From the NCBI GenBank assembly GCA_002633005.1, contig NMRA01000030.1, forward strand, positions 1-64,000: 64,000 bases of DNA, written 5' to 3'. The translations under genes were made by a program, and so were the position numbers. The notes under the pieces were generated by a model. The model was not told the DNA's origin. It worked only from the letters and a program-made list of their open reading frames with translations, and made no database searches. This DNA is from Phoronis australis. Taxonomy: Eukaryota > Animalia > Phoronida. Of this stretch, positions 37,749 through 51,633 are shown piece by piece (position 1 is the stretch's first letter; every line of letters begins with the position of its first letter).

Positions 37749-38336
37749 AGAAAAGTCTACAAGATAGGTATCATGGTTTCTTCAGTAACAAGTAGTTCCA
37801 TCTACTACTAACTGTAGATTTAATGAGAAAATTTTGCGTAATTCAGCCGAACAGTACTACCACCTGAAAATTCCACCTTAAATTATTCATGTTTTCAGGT
37901 TTTGCTTACTTCTCTGCATGCCAAAACTTTGCATGAGTTTTTTATCAAATGTTAAAGACAGGAGAATTGCTGTCACTTCTGTTTTTGAAATGCTGACAAG
38001 GAAAGGTTGTTAAAAAGGAAAAAGAAGCTAAACGTTTTTAACAACATTAATTAGTTTGCATCATAGAAATGTTTCAAACATGACAATCCATAATTACAAA
38101 AAAAAAATATATTCTAAAGCAACTATTTGAAAAAATTAGTGTTTCTACATGTTCCAAAGGTTACAAACATTTTTAAGTCTGGTTTGCACACCAAAGGTTG
38201 CTAAGTTATGATTACCACTTTAAAGATAATCAAAAGCCAGGGCAACAGAAATGTAGGTCAAACTCTCTTTGACTCAACAGAGAAGAACTATATAATATAT
38301 AAATTACAAATTAAAGCAACAAATTTGAAAAATCAA

Positions 38337-38411
38337 TCCCCCAACTGGGAATCGAACCACAGGTCTCTAGATTGCCGATGTAGTACTCCTACCACTGAGC
38401 TACTGAGGACC
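38337..38411 (-). pseudogene. tRNA-like sequence (tRNA pseudogene or SINE head)
   Basis: A box TAGCTCAGTGGTAG, B box GGTTCGATTCC and a pairable acceptor stem TCCTCAG/TTGGGGA. The anticodon stem has a C-C mismatch and the loop lacks U33, so it is unlikely to be a functional tRNA. Confidence 0.65.
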
Positions 38412-38804
38412 TGATATGTGTGCACTTACTATTTGTAGCTAATTGTTATTGACGATGTTGGTTTTGGGCCAAGTAAGTGGTAGAAAATATTGAATTGAAA
38501 CGTTGGACTCGTGTATGTAATAAATACAGTAAGTGTTGATTAGATATAGCAATACGCCCTTCAAAACAAGATTTTAGGTGCTCTTACCAAATTTTCCTAC
38601 GTTTCCATATAAGGTTGATTACCATTTCTTCATTGCCCATGCATAGAAACTAGTATTGACTATTTCCAAGTGCTCCACAAGTTTGTCAGACAATATATTG
38701 GACATTAGTTGTCGTATCTGTTCAAAAAATACAAGACTCCCCATCTCGACTGCTCATTGACAGACTAGCTGCACAGCGTGTTGGCAATCTACAACACTTG
38801 TTAC

Positions 38805-38942
38805 CTGGTAGATTTGGTTGGAGAGGACAACCTTTGACCTCACGTCCCAGGCCATAACGCTACGATCTGCAGAGTCCCGGCTCACTAGGTCTGTACAGGA
38901 GATGAGCTCACGACCGTTATTTAAGAAGACGAGATCTTGCAC
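38805..38942 (-). CDS. WDR25: WDR25 coding exon 3
   Basis: tttttcAG / GTAACA, 138 nt, phase 0-0. VQDLVFLNNGRELISCTDLVSRDSADRSVMAWDVRSKVVLSNQIYQ contains the WDR25-typical SRDSADR..IAWD...SNQI motif. Confidence 0.93.
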
Positions 38943-41900
38943 CTGAAAAAGTAAACAAAACGTTCAATTCTCGTGATGACATCACAAGGTGCTAAAAATG
39001 ATACCATTCGTGTTTTCATTAATGCCCACCTTTGGCTAAACACCTCATGGATATTCTAAAGTTCCACAATGCCATGCTTGGCCTAACGACCAAGATCCTT
39101 AACATTCTGGTAACTTACTTCAGAGTAATCTGATGGGACGGCATGTAGCTCGAGAAATTCTTGTCCAATGTTTTATATCGATGAATTTTGAGGCCGACTC
39201 TTTGGACCTTCTTTTTGTATCACTGTTGCTCAGCTCCAACCTACCATGTTGAAGTGGAAGTATTTATATAATTCTGGTGCGCTCACATTACCAGGGTTTT
39301 CCTTCATGTTGTATGCACGTCACCAAATTATCTGTGACATCACCAAATGTTTGTGAGCTAACAAAAGTCCCATAATGCATTTGAAAACGACAGCAGTGCT
39401 TTTGATGAAATCTAATCTAATTTAATTGCTATATACCCTGGCTGATGATTTAAACTTTTCAAGTCATCTCACATCAAGTTAAAACAAGCTAACTATAATT
39501 TGAACAAAATAGTAATAAAAGCACTTAGAGATGGCCGCCTTATAATGATGGGTATGATGAGGACAAAGTTCAAATTCTTATCAGAAATTCAGCCTTACAT
39601 ACTGAAAGTTGAAGAAATTGAATGCTGAACACAACGATGAAAATTATGGCGGTGGTTATGACAAAAAATTGATTTAGAAACACAGCCTACAGCACATAGC
39701 GAACCAACAAATCAACAGCAGGAAATATGTCAATAAAAGAGCAGTCATCAGTAAATTTTGAATAACTCGTGTGAAAATGAATGACATATACCAGATAGCA
39801 CTTAAGCTCTATCCCCGGCCGAGGTGTGGCTCTAGAAAGCAAATAATAGAAAAACTGACACTCTGAAAGTGCCATCCAGTGTTTAATTTAAAAAAAACTA
39901 TGCCTCAACGTATGCAATGTGCAAGTTTTAAATCGATCAGAATAGAACTGCAACCAGTGCCCGCAACTAGCAAACATGACCCTGTCTATTATAAAACAAG
40001 CACATTAAAATTTACTCAGACGGCCTAATTTCTCACGTTTAGGTAACCAACCAAAAATACTCAAGATCTCAAGTAAATCCGCAGTTTTACAAGTATCACT
40101 CTAAACAACATGGCCGCCAAAACTCCTGAGTACTGAAAATCTCAAGCACATTTGGGGAAATTAGTCGAACATTCCAAGACTGCAGTGGAGTATTATTAAA
40201 AAAGTACTTAAGTTATATACTGGTTAAGTATAACTTTGCAGACAGCAATGTTTTTTCTGAAAAACTTCAAATTCGTTGGTTCCACAACAGCATGTGCGCT
40301 TAAGGTCTCAAATGAACTTGAATTTTAATTTCCTTAGTTTATCCCACTAAAAACTTCAACCGCATCTTACTTCTGAGAATGTTTTGAAGGAATTTAAAGC
40401 TTATTAGTGGAGTAAGTACAATTTGGGATAAAAGCATTTCGGTAATTTAAATTTTTTCGGTCACGGGCCCTGTAGCTTGTGGATGAAGAAATAAACACAA
40501 AGTGGTAACAAATCAAATTTTATCCATTGACAAAGTCAAATTAGAGTTTAAAAATTACAGAGCTGGAGCACACAAAGGTAAGCAGCCTTTCTTTTATGAT
40601 ACACAGTGAATTTTCCAAAGATGCTAACAACAAAAGTTAGATAACTCAAGAGAGATAATTATTTGCAAACAACATCAATTACTGACTAAAACATATTAGC
40701 CAGTAATAAGCCATGACACAGAGACTACAACCCATTTGCCAGATAGGAAACCCAACCCAGCACAAGAGTGTAATTTATGGGCAACTTCACAGAAAATGTT
40801 AGCAACTTCTGGGAAGACTTGGTGACACAGAATAAGAGTCTTGGTAAGAACACTGTTGGTAAACAAGTCAAAAGGCTACTTGAATATCTTGACTCAGTGA
40901 TTAAAGATGAATTACAAAATTTTATTGGGACTACTAGAGACTCATAGCATCAGGTGTGCAACATTTTCACAGCACTTATATATGCCTTTCAATTGCAATA
41001 GCCACAAAAATTAGTCTAATTTGCTTCAAGGTTGGCTTATTTCTACTGGAAGCCGAGTGCATGATCTTCTCAAGAAAAAATCAAATTCTGCTTACTTAAC
41101 ACAACCATGACATTTCCTGAGTAGATACAATGTAGAGCTATGTATTATTGAGTTGAACATAGTTCAACATTGGTATAACCAGTGATAGCTTACTAAAAAG
41201 TGTCTGAATGGAATGTAAACGTTCCAAGATTGATTAGATGACAAGTTTGATCCTTTGTTGAGAACACTTGAAATCAAACTTTTTATTACCACAGCTGGAA
41301 GTGGGGGAGTATTTGTGGACAACAGGTTAGAAACAAGCATTCACCTACCCAGCGCCACCCTACTAGGAGTTGCCACCCTGCAAGGAGTCATTAGCTGACA
41401 GATCCCCAATACATTTATTTTGTGAGAAAATCAGGTCACAAAGCTTTTGATGACTGATTCAGCTAAATGTGTGTCACGATTTTTATTGAAGGCATGAAAT
41501 TTCTGTAAACAAAATAATTTTCATATTTTCATAATGACTGAAGATCTATATCTGTAAAAAAATCAGACACGGTGTCCTAATATCCACTGACTTTCAGCTT
41601 ATGACATTTCATGAATTTATTTGCTCATAACCAACCTCATTCAACAGCCGATGAGAAGAGTATTTATCATAATAGATCATGAGATCTGATGCAGTTACTT
41701 AAAAATTAATTGCTCACCACGGCATTAAGTTATCAGACTTTCCATCAGATGTGTCAACACAGCTCAGTCTTGTATTAGCCATACACACCACAAGCACAAC
41801 ACTGCCATCCTTTTGCAATGTAACTGTTTTGACTGATCTTTTACTTGTCACCACTGGCCAATAGTTTTCTTTTTCTGCAGTTGCTGGTCAAATTTTCAGT

Positions 41901-42829
41901 GTTCAATGTCTGGATTTGAAACCATTTTTTTTAGTAGAATAATCATTCAAATTTTCAAAACAGCTTCAATGCTCAGCAATATAAATCACTCTCTTGTCAC
42001 AAATGTCCGCCTTAGGCATCTTAAATGTCAATCTTAAATGTCTACCTGTTGAAGCTCAGAGCGCTGAAAATTTGGAAACTTAAAAAAGAACAAGATAGGC
42101 CATGGGCGTTAAGCTGAGAATGGGTACTTAAAAATGAACATGAGTTGGCATGGGCGATTACCAGAACGGTAGATTCAAATACCATATATTATATAAAGGT
42201 ACAGTTTGGATGAAATAGCTTAAAAGAATCAAACAAAATATGGCCAAATTCGTCAACGTGGCGCTGAAACTGTAATTATTCAGTGCTCAAATATAGACGA
42301 CTTTTGTAATATTGGGGGCTAAAATTTGTGGAAGACAGGTGTCCACAAAGACACAGGTGCTTTTCATGAAAGCAAAGATCATGTCGATTGGGGGTAAGAA
42401 GTTTCTGTATTCACAAAAATGTAAATTGAAACTTCAGTGGAAATGTTCCACAAACCATAAATCAGCTTACTCTTGCCCACACAATATGCTCAGAAGTATC
42501 AAGCAACAGCACTAGAACAAATTTATAAATCAGAGTGTACAGCACAAACCTAAGTACGTTTGCACCCATTCCAGCAGGTACATATATAATGTATGCAGTA
42601 ATACAAGTTGCAGCCTAGCCACTGGCTACTGTCAATGCTGGCATAGATAATAAATACTGGCCATTTATTGACTTCTTCTTATGACCTACTGAGTCAGCTA
42701 GAATCATGATGATACTCAGCAGCCAATGAAGAAATGAAATAAGAAACCTCGCTCTCTTCCATATCATAGATAGGTTTCAAGATGTCAGAATTCATAACTG
42801 CTTTGCAATAAGATTAAAAACCAGATGAT

Positions 42830-43850
42830 AGTTCTAGAGCTCAGTCAACACCTTTTTTAATCACATGAACAATATGCATCCGTACATCAACTTCACCATT
42901 GAATCTGAGCGCGAGTCGTGTTTGCCATTTCTAGATGTCTTGGTTGAATGTGAGAATAGCACCATTGTTACATCTGTGTATCGTAAGCCCAGTTTTTCTG
43001 GGCTTTATCTTAAATTTGATAGTTTTGTGCCGATCCAATATAAGAGAGGTCTGGTCAATTGCTTGTTACACCGTGCCTGGAGAATCTGCTCCACCAATTT
43101 AAATTTTGATAGTGACGTAGCTATGATTTTCCAGTTATTGTGTGCCAATGGTTACCCTCTGAATTTTCTGAATAGCTGTAAAAGGTACTGAGGCAGATAA
43201 GGTAGCTGTTATTGGGTAGCTGTTATTGGACCTGAGAAAAAGAAACTTTTCTTTTCTCTTGGTTACACCAGGCAAAGTAGTATAAAATTGAAACATCAAT
43301 TATCTCGCTTTATTCATTGCATAGACCCAGCAGTTGAACTGATAGATGTTTCCAAACCCGTTTGGAAACTTTCCAATATGCTATGTAAACTGAAGTCACC
43401 CATCCCTTTATTGAACAAGAGCAATGTTGTGTATAAGGTTGAATGTGACAACTATAAGGAATTCTATAAAGGACTCACACAGAGACGCCTCTGTGACAGG
43501 TTGAAAGAACATCACACCTCAGAGAAAAGTAACATATATAGGCATTGTATTAGTTACAATCACCAAGCCAACTATGTTAGTATTATCTGCAGAGAACCTA
43601 ATAAGAGTTATTGTACATTAAAGAGTCATTGGCCATTCAGAACCAACATGCCACTGATTCTCTGAATAACATGCAGAGCTCTGTGACCCTGCAGCTATGG
43701 TGATGACCAGCTACTGACTATATTCTATGTATCTCTCACTTCACTCTATGGATGTTACCCGAGCTGTATGTTGGCACTTGTTGTCCTAAATTGTTGTAAA
43801 TATGATCCTGATGATGCCTAATGAAAAGACTAAACGTTGAATTGAACATG
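42830..43850 (+). mobile_element. 5'-truncated Penelope-like retroelement (RT C-terminus/thumb + GIY-YIG endonuclease), frameshifted
   Basis: HPYINFTIESE...LPFLDV...TSVYRKP...YL.FDS..P..YKRGLV..L.HRAWRICS...NGYP (PLE RT end) and NVVYKVEC...FYKGLTQRRL.DRLKEH...IYRH....H (GIY-YIG with CCHH-type residues). Confidence 0.9.
43802..43845 (+). ncRNA. Decayed minimal hammerhead ribozyme motif in the Penelope 3' pseudo-LTR
   Basis: CTGATGA core at 43808-43814, remnant stem II (TGCC..AGAC), and TAAACGTTG where GAAACGTCG is expected. It lies just downstream of the PLE ORF, where such motifs are known. Confidence 0.45.
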
Positions 43851-44078
43851 AACTTTTTATTTGTGCGGCGATCGTGCGATTTTTAATCTTATTGTGGCCA
43901 AAAACTGATTTGCATGACAATACCTTGACAATTAACGTAACAGAGAGAGTACTGCTTTGATAAATTCAGTACTTCTCCACCTATTTGCACAAATTTTATT
44001 GCCAAAATTACAACTTTAAAATTTTTTCAAAGGCCAATTAAATCTATTGCAAGTAATGGAAACTTGTTGACATGTTGT

Positions 44079-44372
44079 TTGGTGAAATGCCATTTGGTGA
44101 CTCATCGTTTGGTGACACGCCGTTTGGTGACACATCGTTTGGTGACACGCCGTTTGGTGACACGCCGTTTGGTGACACGCCGTTTGGTGACACACCGTTT
44201 GGTGACACACCGTTTGGTGACACGTCGTTTGGTGACACGTCGTATGGTGACACGCCATTTGGTGACAAGCTTTCTGGAGACATGCCATTTGGTGACATGC
44301 CATTTGTTGACATGCTTTCTGATGACATGCTTTCTGGTGACAATCCGTTAGGTGACATGCCGTTTGGTGACA
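44079..44372. repeat. 15-bp minisatellite (TTTGGTGACACGCCG), ~19 copies, decaying rightwards
   Basis: Direct tandem array. It explains four overlapping 5-aa-repeat ORFs. Confidence 0.95.
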
Positions 44373-47300
44373 TCTACACAGGACAAACAATGCTAGCAAT
44401 AGACCCGTTACTTCTGTGGAGAAATTTAAAGTTACTGTATACTGTACCTGCGCTTATGGGTGCGCTAAACAAGTGATGAATAACACGCATTACAGATAGT
44501 TCTCCACAACCAAATATCCAAATCGGTTGCAAGCGCGTGAACGACAAAAAAAAAACGTGCCTGAATTGCCCACCTTCTACTTTTGATCAATTTCAACTTA
44601 AAGTGTTCATTGCTCAGACTAATGTCCACTCATAATTTGCTTCACAGAATTGATTTTCAAAACAGGCATGCTGTCAAATGTGGAAACCGGGCATGTTTAC
44701 CCTACACACAAGAACCTCGCAAAGGAAGCTCAAGTGATCGTGTGCTTTGCTCATAATGCTTAGCAATATCTCAGGTAGTGCTATGTAATCTTCCGTTTTC
44801 ACAAGATTCTCATGTCAAATTCCAGTCGCCAAGAGTTACAGTTGTTGCCAGAGACATGTCGTAAGACACAAAAATTTATTATTTTCTACGTTTTATAGCC
44901 AAACCTCGACCTTCTCCACATCTAAAGTAACACGAGCTTTACATGTTACATTCTGTGGTTAACCTATTTTTTCCATATATGGCATGTATACAGTGCAAAG
45001 CAAACTTTCGGGTCACTCACGTGACATTTTGTGGCACACCTATTTTTTCCACACGTAGCACATTTTCAGTGCCAAGAAAATGAACTTGAATTGCACAATG
45101 CATACAATTCCGCACTGAGTAGGAAGTATTTCCAGAGTTTTTATTGCATGCAAAAGGAATTATTGAATACGTACCATTAATCAACAAGATTATTTTCTCG
45201 TGAAATTTGCACTGAATCATTCTCGCGCATCAATAAGTCATTGGGCCAGGGCATACGCCTAGCGGAAGTTTTTTGACAGGAAGTTTTTCTAGCATTTGAG
45301 GTGCAAAATTTAGACAGCGTGAACAAATGCAGTGAGTTTGCACTTTGATTTATCAAGTTTGGCGACATTCAAATGGCAGGTGAGTCCCAGAATTTTGGCG
45401 CCTATCTTTAGAATATGCTTATTCTATTTCAATTAGTGAACATAAAAAGCTACTCTAATACATGGTTTAGAACGCCGATTTAACTATCACATTAACAACT
45501 AGCCTTACAGTTACAGCAAATTCTTTGAACTTTGGGTACGTATATTTCAATTTCGAAGATCACGGATGGCCAGGGTGACTCTCTGGCTCAGACGTTAAGC
45601 GTCAATATACAGGCATTGTGTCCACACTTCGATTTCCAGGCTTGCCAAATATTGTAAGCAAGTTAATTACTTGTTTGAATGTTTACCACTTCTAAAATGA
45701 GAAAAGAATGGCTTTTTGGTAATGGTTAAAACAAAATGATTTTTCAAACAGCCTATGGTGGCTATATTCAGTGAGGCCGGTGGTGTGGTGTCCCAAGTAC
45801 TGCCAAACAGGTGGCAGCAACACTTTAAAGAGGGTGTGGACTGTGGAGAACACCGCTAGTAAACATAAACACTTGATAGTAGATAACTACCGAACAAATC
45901 TGACACTTTTGCTAGCAGTAAAAACATGCCAGTCAGGTAAATGGTTACAAGTGTCACTTTTGCTAGATATGTTAGTGAGGTTGAGTTACCACATAACTGG
46001 CTTTGTAGCACTTTGGTAGCCAGACCACTTAATCAAGGGCACACATGGCCGGGGTAAGAGGCCTTTGTTTATCATTGCAATTTATGGCAATGAGTTAACT
46101 TTTGCTGCTGAAAACGACCCTTTTGCAAACAACTCCCAAACATCTCCTCTGTCTGACAAAAAACCCTAGTGTTTTAACCAATTGAAACTCCTAGCATTTT
46201 TCCACTCATGTGAACAGGTAACTGGCCTTCTTAGATTTCTTGTGTCAGAACCAATAATCTAAAGTTAAAGCTACATTTTCCCCATTTAGTGGACTAAAAT
46301 GATAATCAAATCAGGTCCCTTAATCTCGTACAACTGGCTTAATAATATTCCTTATTGTGATTAGTCTATTCCCATTAACAACAAGAACATTGGCACCTCA
46401 GCGACTTAAAAACACTTCAGTCATTTCATTGGGTAGGCCATCCCTCAAACTGGGAACCAACACGGCGCATGTACACATTGCCTGCGACTTAAGTTGGTAA
46501 CGGAAATAGAAACCTATGAGTGTAAGGACTATCACATGTCATAAGTATCCCATAACAAATAAGTTGGCCAAATATGAGATATGTAATATGTGCACACTCG
46601 GATAAAAGTTCTGTAAAGGATAACAAATTCTATCTTATTCTATATTATTCAACATCTACTTCATCTCTCATAACTGATACAAACACAGAACTTTGACTTA
46701 AAGAATGCATGCATTTTCACCAACTGAATGTGTCTGAATTTTTGTTGACATTTATATGGTTCTGTTTTATGAATTATTTTGTCACGCGAAAGAATTTGTG
46801 CACTGAAATGGTACAGAAGTAAAAAACATTAGTGTGCATCTATATTGTCACTTACAAAGCGAGGCATAAACTAATAAGTTTGCACGAGTTGGAATTCCCA
46901 AAACGCACATGTGAGACTAATGCAACTCGGCTAAAATCACAGAATGCATTACCAAATTTCACGCCGCAAATACACTTTTTGATTCAAAGGTTTTATTAGC
47001 TTTGCTAGGCGTTTGACAAACATTTACTAAAACAAGCTCCATTGATTGACTTCCATTTGCAAGTTTCTGTTACTTGAGCTTCGTTTTTCATTCAACATTC
47101 CCTTATGGCCAATGATTATTTTGACCAGACATATTTTGTGCGATATTGGGAAACTGTTGATAACTATTGGCACAACATGACGGATTCTTTTAACTTGACT
47201 GTATCCTTCCTGCTGTGGAATTTGTTGAATATAAAATTAGTAGGAATGAATGTAATTCTGACTAGTGAGATGCAACTACACCTTAAAAAGGATGTCTATA

Positions 47301-47904
47301 TCAATTAAATAAACTTCATGACTGTAGGTAATCTTTTAAACAAAAAATATTTATTATCTAGTGGTCAATTATTTACAAAGCAACAGTCCTTTTATGAGCT
47401 ACCGTGACTACAGATTGGTTGAATTATTGTTAACTTATATGCATAATAATTTCTCCAAGTATGTTGCTCTGACACTAACGCATGATACAGTTCGCAATTT
47501 TCATCTGATCAGCAGGAAATTTACAAAAAAACTGCAGTTCCAGAAGTACTGGAAGACTATTTTTTGTCATGATTGCATCTGAGATGCAGGACGTAAAGGT
47601 CATTTTGTTTTCGATTTCAGATTCCAATGCTCGTAGAGGCAGTAATTTTTTACGTACATGGCTGAAAATCGGTATGATTATTTGTAGCAGACGTAAGACG
47701 TAAGCTACAGATGTGTCGCTCCTCATAAACTTCTGGTCAAAGATGGCAGAAATATCGGCAATTGCGCATGCACCCCTCAATTTCAGGATGAAAATGTTTT
47801 GTTCTGTAGAGGGCATACTGTAGAACCAATTGCTTTGAAATTTTCCATGTATTAGTTTCCAGTGACTAGCTATCATGAAGTGCTGCATAACCGGAAGTTG
47901 CTTT

Positions 47905-48133
47905 CAAGTCCCCCACATACCTGGTCAGTGGTCACTCAATATACACAAGCCCCACCCCCACATGCCTGGCCACTCAATATTTACAAGTCCCCCACACGGC
48001 CCACTCAACAAACAAGCCCCACTCCCACATGGCTCTCCACTCAGTAATAACAGGACCCCCCCACATGCTTGGCCACTCAATATTAACAAAACCCCATCTA
48101 GCCGTCCACTCAATATTAACAAGCCCCCACATG
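47905..48133. repeat. Diverged ~35-40-bp tandem repeat (AAGCCCCCACATG..TGGCCACTCAATATTAAC)
   Basis: About six imperfect units are visible. Confidence 0.7.
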
Positions 48134-51004
48134 ACTGACATTGTGACAGTGATGAGATGAGGAGGCAGATACCAACATGTATGCAAGTGGCCACCATAGC
48201 ATACATTCCACAGCACCAGTGTGATACAAGAGGTCAAGGGTCAAGAGACAGGCATAAGTTAAACACTTGAGCCATGAACTGTCTAAACCAGAAAGATAAA
48301 TGTTAAACACAAGAGATTTTCAAGATCACAAGCAGGGTAACTAAACTTGCAAGTGAACAAGAAGGGCATCAGCAGTTGCTTTGTACTAAACCAACAACCC
48401 AAGGTTGGATAGGAGACTGGCAGCATTAATGCAATGCATGAGACACCTTTGTGACTAATAAACTCCTATCAGAGCAGTAATGCTGGATGCTGACAATCAA
48501 AATGGTGATATGCTGACAAACCAATAAGACACTAGTGTATTCAAAATCAGTAACTTTGCATATTAACCAAAATAATATTTGTGTACTAGGAGACACCTCT
48601 AGTTATGGTAAATGATATTTATCACAACAGAAATACAGAGAAGCTAGACAACAGAACTCAGTATATAAGATTGATTACATTAAATAGAAGAAATAACATA
48701 ATTGTATAGTAATCTGCATAACACAACATTACTGTTAGTCAAATAACGTTGTTTACTAGAAATAACTGTGGTGCATGAGACCAGCTGAAGTGTGCGAGAC
48801 CAGCAACAGTGTGTGACGCCAGCAACGGTGTGCCAGACCAGCAACGACACAAGACGTAAAAATCGCTGCAGGTCTACATTGGAGAAGTGTCATTTTTGCG
48901 ACACCAATCATCAAAAATGACGAATAGAAGATTATTTTTGCGGGTCAAACACAACCCAGTCTCTCAATAACTTTTTACAATTGCGCCGTGTTGCGTATTT
49001 TAAAACCAGGAAAAATTACACGAGGGATAAAACTGAACTACATTGAGCAGTCTCAAACATGCAAAATGAACTTAAGGTTTGAGTTTATTATTTTCAGATT
49101 ACATGAATCTCTCCTAATTCATTAAATTTTCAGCACACAACTTATTGTGTCAAATATTGGTTTGAGACTTGACATTGACAGGTATTCTTCTCAAGGAGTA
49201 AAAGGCGCGGACGACGCCAGGAAGAGCAAGCTTTTTATCTATTTTTAAATCAAAATAAGTAACATGTCATACCTAGTCAGCTCGCTAAATGTCGCAAGTG
49301 TAAAAACAGGGCCATAGATTATCCAAGAGAAAAGGTGGCTGTGCCTTCTGAGATGGAAATTTTTTGGGGCGAGCTGAAAATTCTACCTCCCAATCACCAT
49401 CAATAGCATCCCGCCACTTTGTTGCAAGCCCTTATAGCCTCTGCCTCAACATTGTGCGCTCTTTCAATTATGTGATTTACAAATGATTTGAACCTCGACC
49501 TTTTCAATCACTTGAGGGAAAATTTTGGGCCTCATGAGAGGAATGTCGCGTAATTTTTTAACATCTTTCGGAGAGGCACGGGGTCCATATTCGGCTCTAA
49601 AACCAAGGGATTGAGGACCCAGAAAAAGTTGAGAGACCTCACCATAACCCGGGGATGGGAGGAATCCCGCTCAAATTTTTTTTGGTCAACATCAGTGAAG
49701 TGCCCATGTGGCCGGCCTTAACTTGCCGTAACCCGGGGATAGCAGGAACTCCTGTCCAATTTTTTAAGGTCTACATCATTTAAATGCCCATGTGGCCAGC
49801 GTACCCACGCAGTAACTCGGGTATAAGGGGAGCCCTGCCAAGCAGACTCCCCAGTGGTTAGACTACGTAGCCTTACAATCCACGACTGCCTAACTAATGT
49901 CAGTGCTAGAAACACTTCATAATGATCCTTTTACAGTAGTAGCTTGGCCAATACAAAGGCAGAAACTTGAAAATAGTAAAAATGTGATTTGCAGTGTGCA
50001 AACAAACAAGCAAACAAAACAAAACATGCTTCACGACATTTAGTCATATATTTGAATAACATTCATTTGGCTAAGTAAAAAACCCACGACAGGAAAACAT
50101 AGTGGGTAACACTTCATTTAAATAAGTAATAAATCCATTAAAAGGAGATCAATGACACAAGAACAATAACTAGACTTTACTTAAACCAGAAACAAAGACT
50201 TTTAATTTAGCTGGAAACAAAAAAATTACTGAGGAGGCATCTCTTGAAATAGAATCCTGACTGGTAGATGACAAATGACAGGACCTATTTTAAGAATTAA
50301 ACATAAACCCAGCCCAGATGTGTACTAACTGGTCCCAAGTCCATCCTTAAACAGGCACCCTGAGTCACTGTTATGGAAAATATCAGACTATATCGCCATA
50401 AATAGCAGAACACACATACAATCTAGAACTGCTATGGCCAGCAGCCAAATGTATTATCCTCAGCATAGAAAGTGTTTGCATTTCCTGCCTTACTTGGGTA
50501 ACATAAAACCTGTACATATTTAAAAAGCCTAAAAAGCTTCTTTGATAGACATTAGATTTATTCATCCCAGACATAATGCTTTCTTAGCATATCTGGGTTC
50601 ATTTTCTCTTTATGTCACGTGACCCATTCAATGTCATATGTTAGCAAATCTAAAAGCCAGTCTTTTTTCACATGCAATTACAGTAAATGACAACATTTTT
50701 GCACAAACCAAAGGGACGTTGAAACTTTATTCCAGGATATTCTATAAAATCAAAAACAAAACCCAAACTTAGCTGTTCAATTTCATGTAGACCTGCCAGA
50801 GTTAAACCTTAATACTGTTATACAGTAGGAAAAGTCTGATAACTGGTGAAAACATTGAAAATAAATTTAGACAGGCAAAACTAAAGAGCATATCAGCCTG
50901 AGTTGGTGGCCAGCAAATGCTGCGATGACTCTGGGCAAAGATTGACACCAGTTTTAGCAGGCAAAAATCATCCATTATTGCCAATGGCAGTGACAAACAA
51001 ACTA

Positions 51005-51633
51005 CCGTACTCGTACTGGTTACTGCCCATGCTCGGCTAACCACCCATCCCCGAAATTTTCAATTTTTCATTTTTAAGTGCCCATGCTCCACTTACCACA
51101 TTGTTCAAACTAGATATAAAGTATTTAGAAGAAAGACCAGCTGTCAATCATTAGCACATGTTTGGTTGCCAAAGTAACTAGCCCCAGCATATCTTTACAC
51201 AAGCACCTGCTTCCCATAGCAATATAGCAATACATAATGATCTAGCGTAGTCTTGCGTGATCTTGCTTTCTCTGAAGAAACTTGGCCTACTGAAGGCACG
51301 TCTATCTGTAAGAATACCTTAGTTCCAAGACACGACGAGCAGCGACCGAGGTACGTAAAAACCCAATCACGCTCAGGATCACAGAACCACTGTATCATGT
51401 GCGCTATTCCACTTCAGGCTGTTGAAGTCCGTTACTTCAATCTGCCGACGTATATTTTAATTGACAAGCTTGAAATCCAACGTCAGTGTAGCTCCGCGAG
51501 GGTAAAATCGGTCCTTTGTGCAGAAAGCACCCACTCCTGACTTATCAAAAATTTCGATTTTAACCGCCCATGCTCAGCTTACCGTCCACCCCGTTTTTTT
51601 AGATTCCCTGGGCGGTAACCCGGACGAGTACGG
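51005..51633. mobile_element. Tc1/mariner-type MITE
   Basis: TIRs CCGTACTCGTACTGGTTACTGCCCA / TGGGCGGTAACCCGGACGAGTACGG with TA on both sides (51003-51004, 51634-51635). Subterminal repeats GCCCATGCTC.RCT.ACC. Confidence 0.75.

Noticed and set aside
38337-38411. Functional tRNA gene (also 3875-3954 and 59759-59829)
   Set aside because: A/B boxes are present but the anticodon or acceptor arms are broken; treated as SINE heads or pseudogenes.
39110-39240. Extra WDR25 exon (AG...GTAAGT on the minus strand)
   Set aside because: Stops in all three frames, and exons 2 and 3 already join in phase with the expected protein.
39420-39640. LINE RT remnant (LADDL motif)
   Set aside because: Only a 4-5 residue resemblance, with no other RT motifs found.
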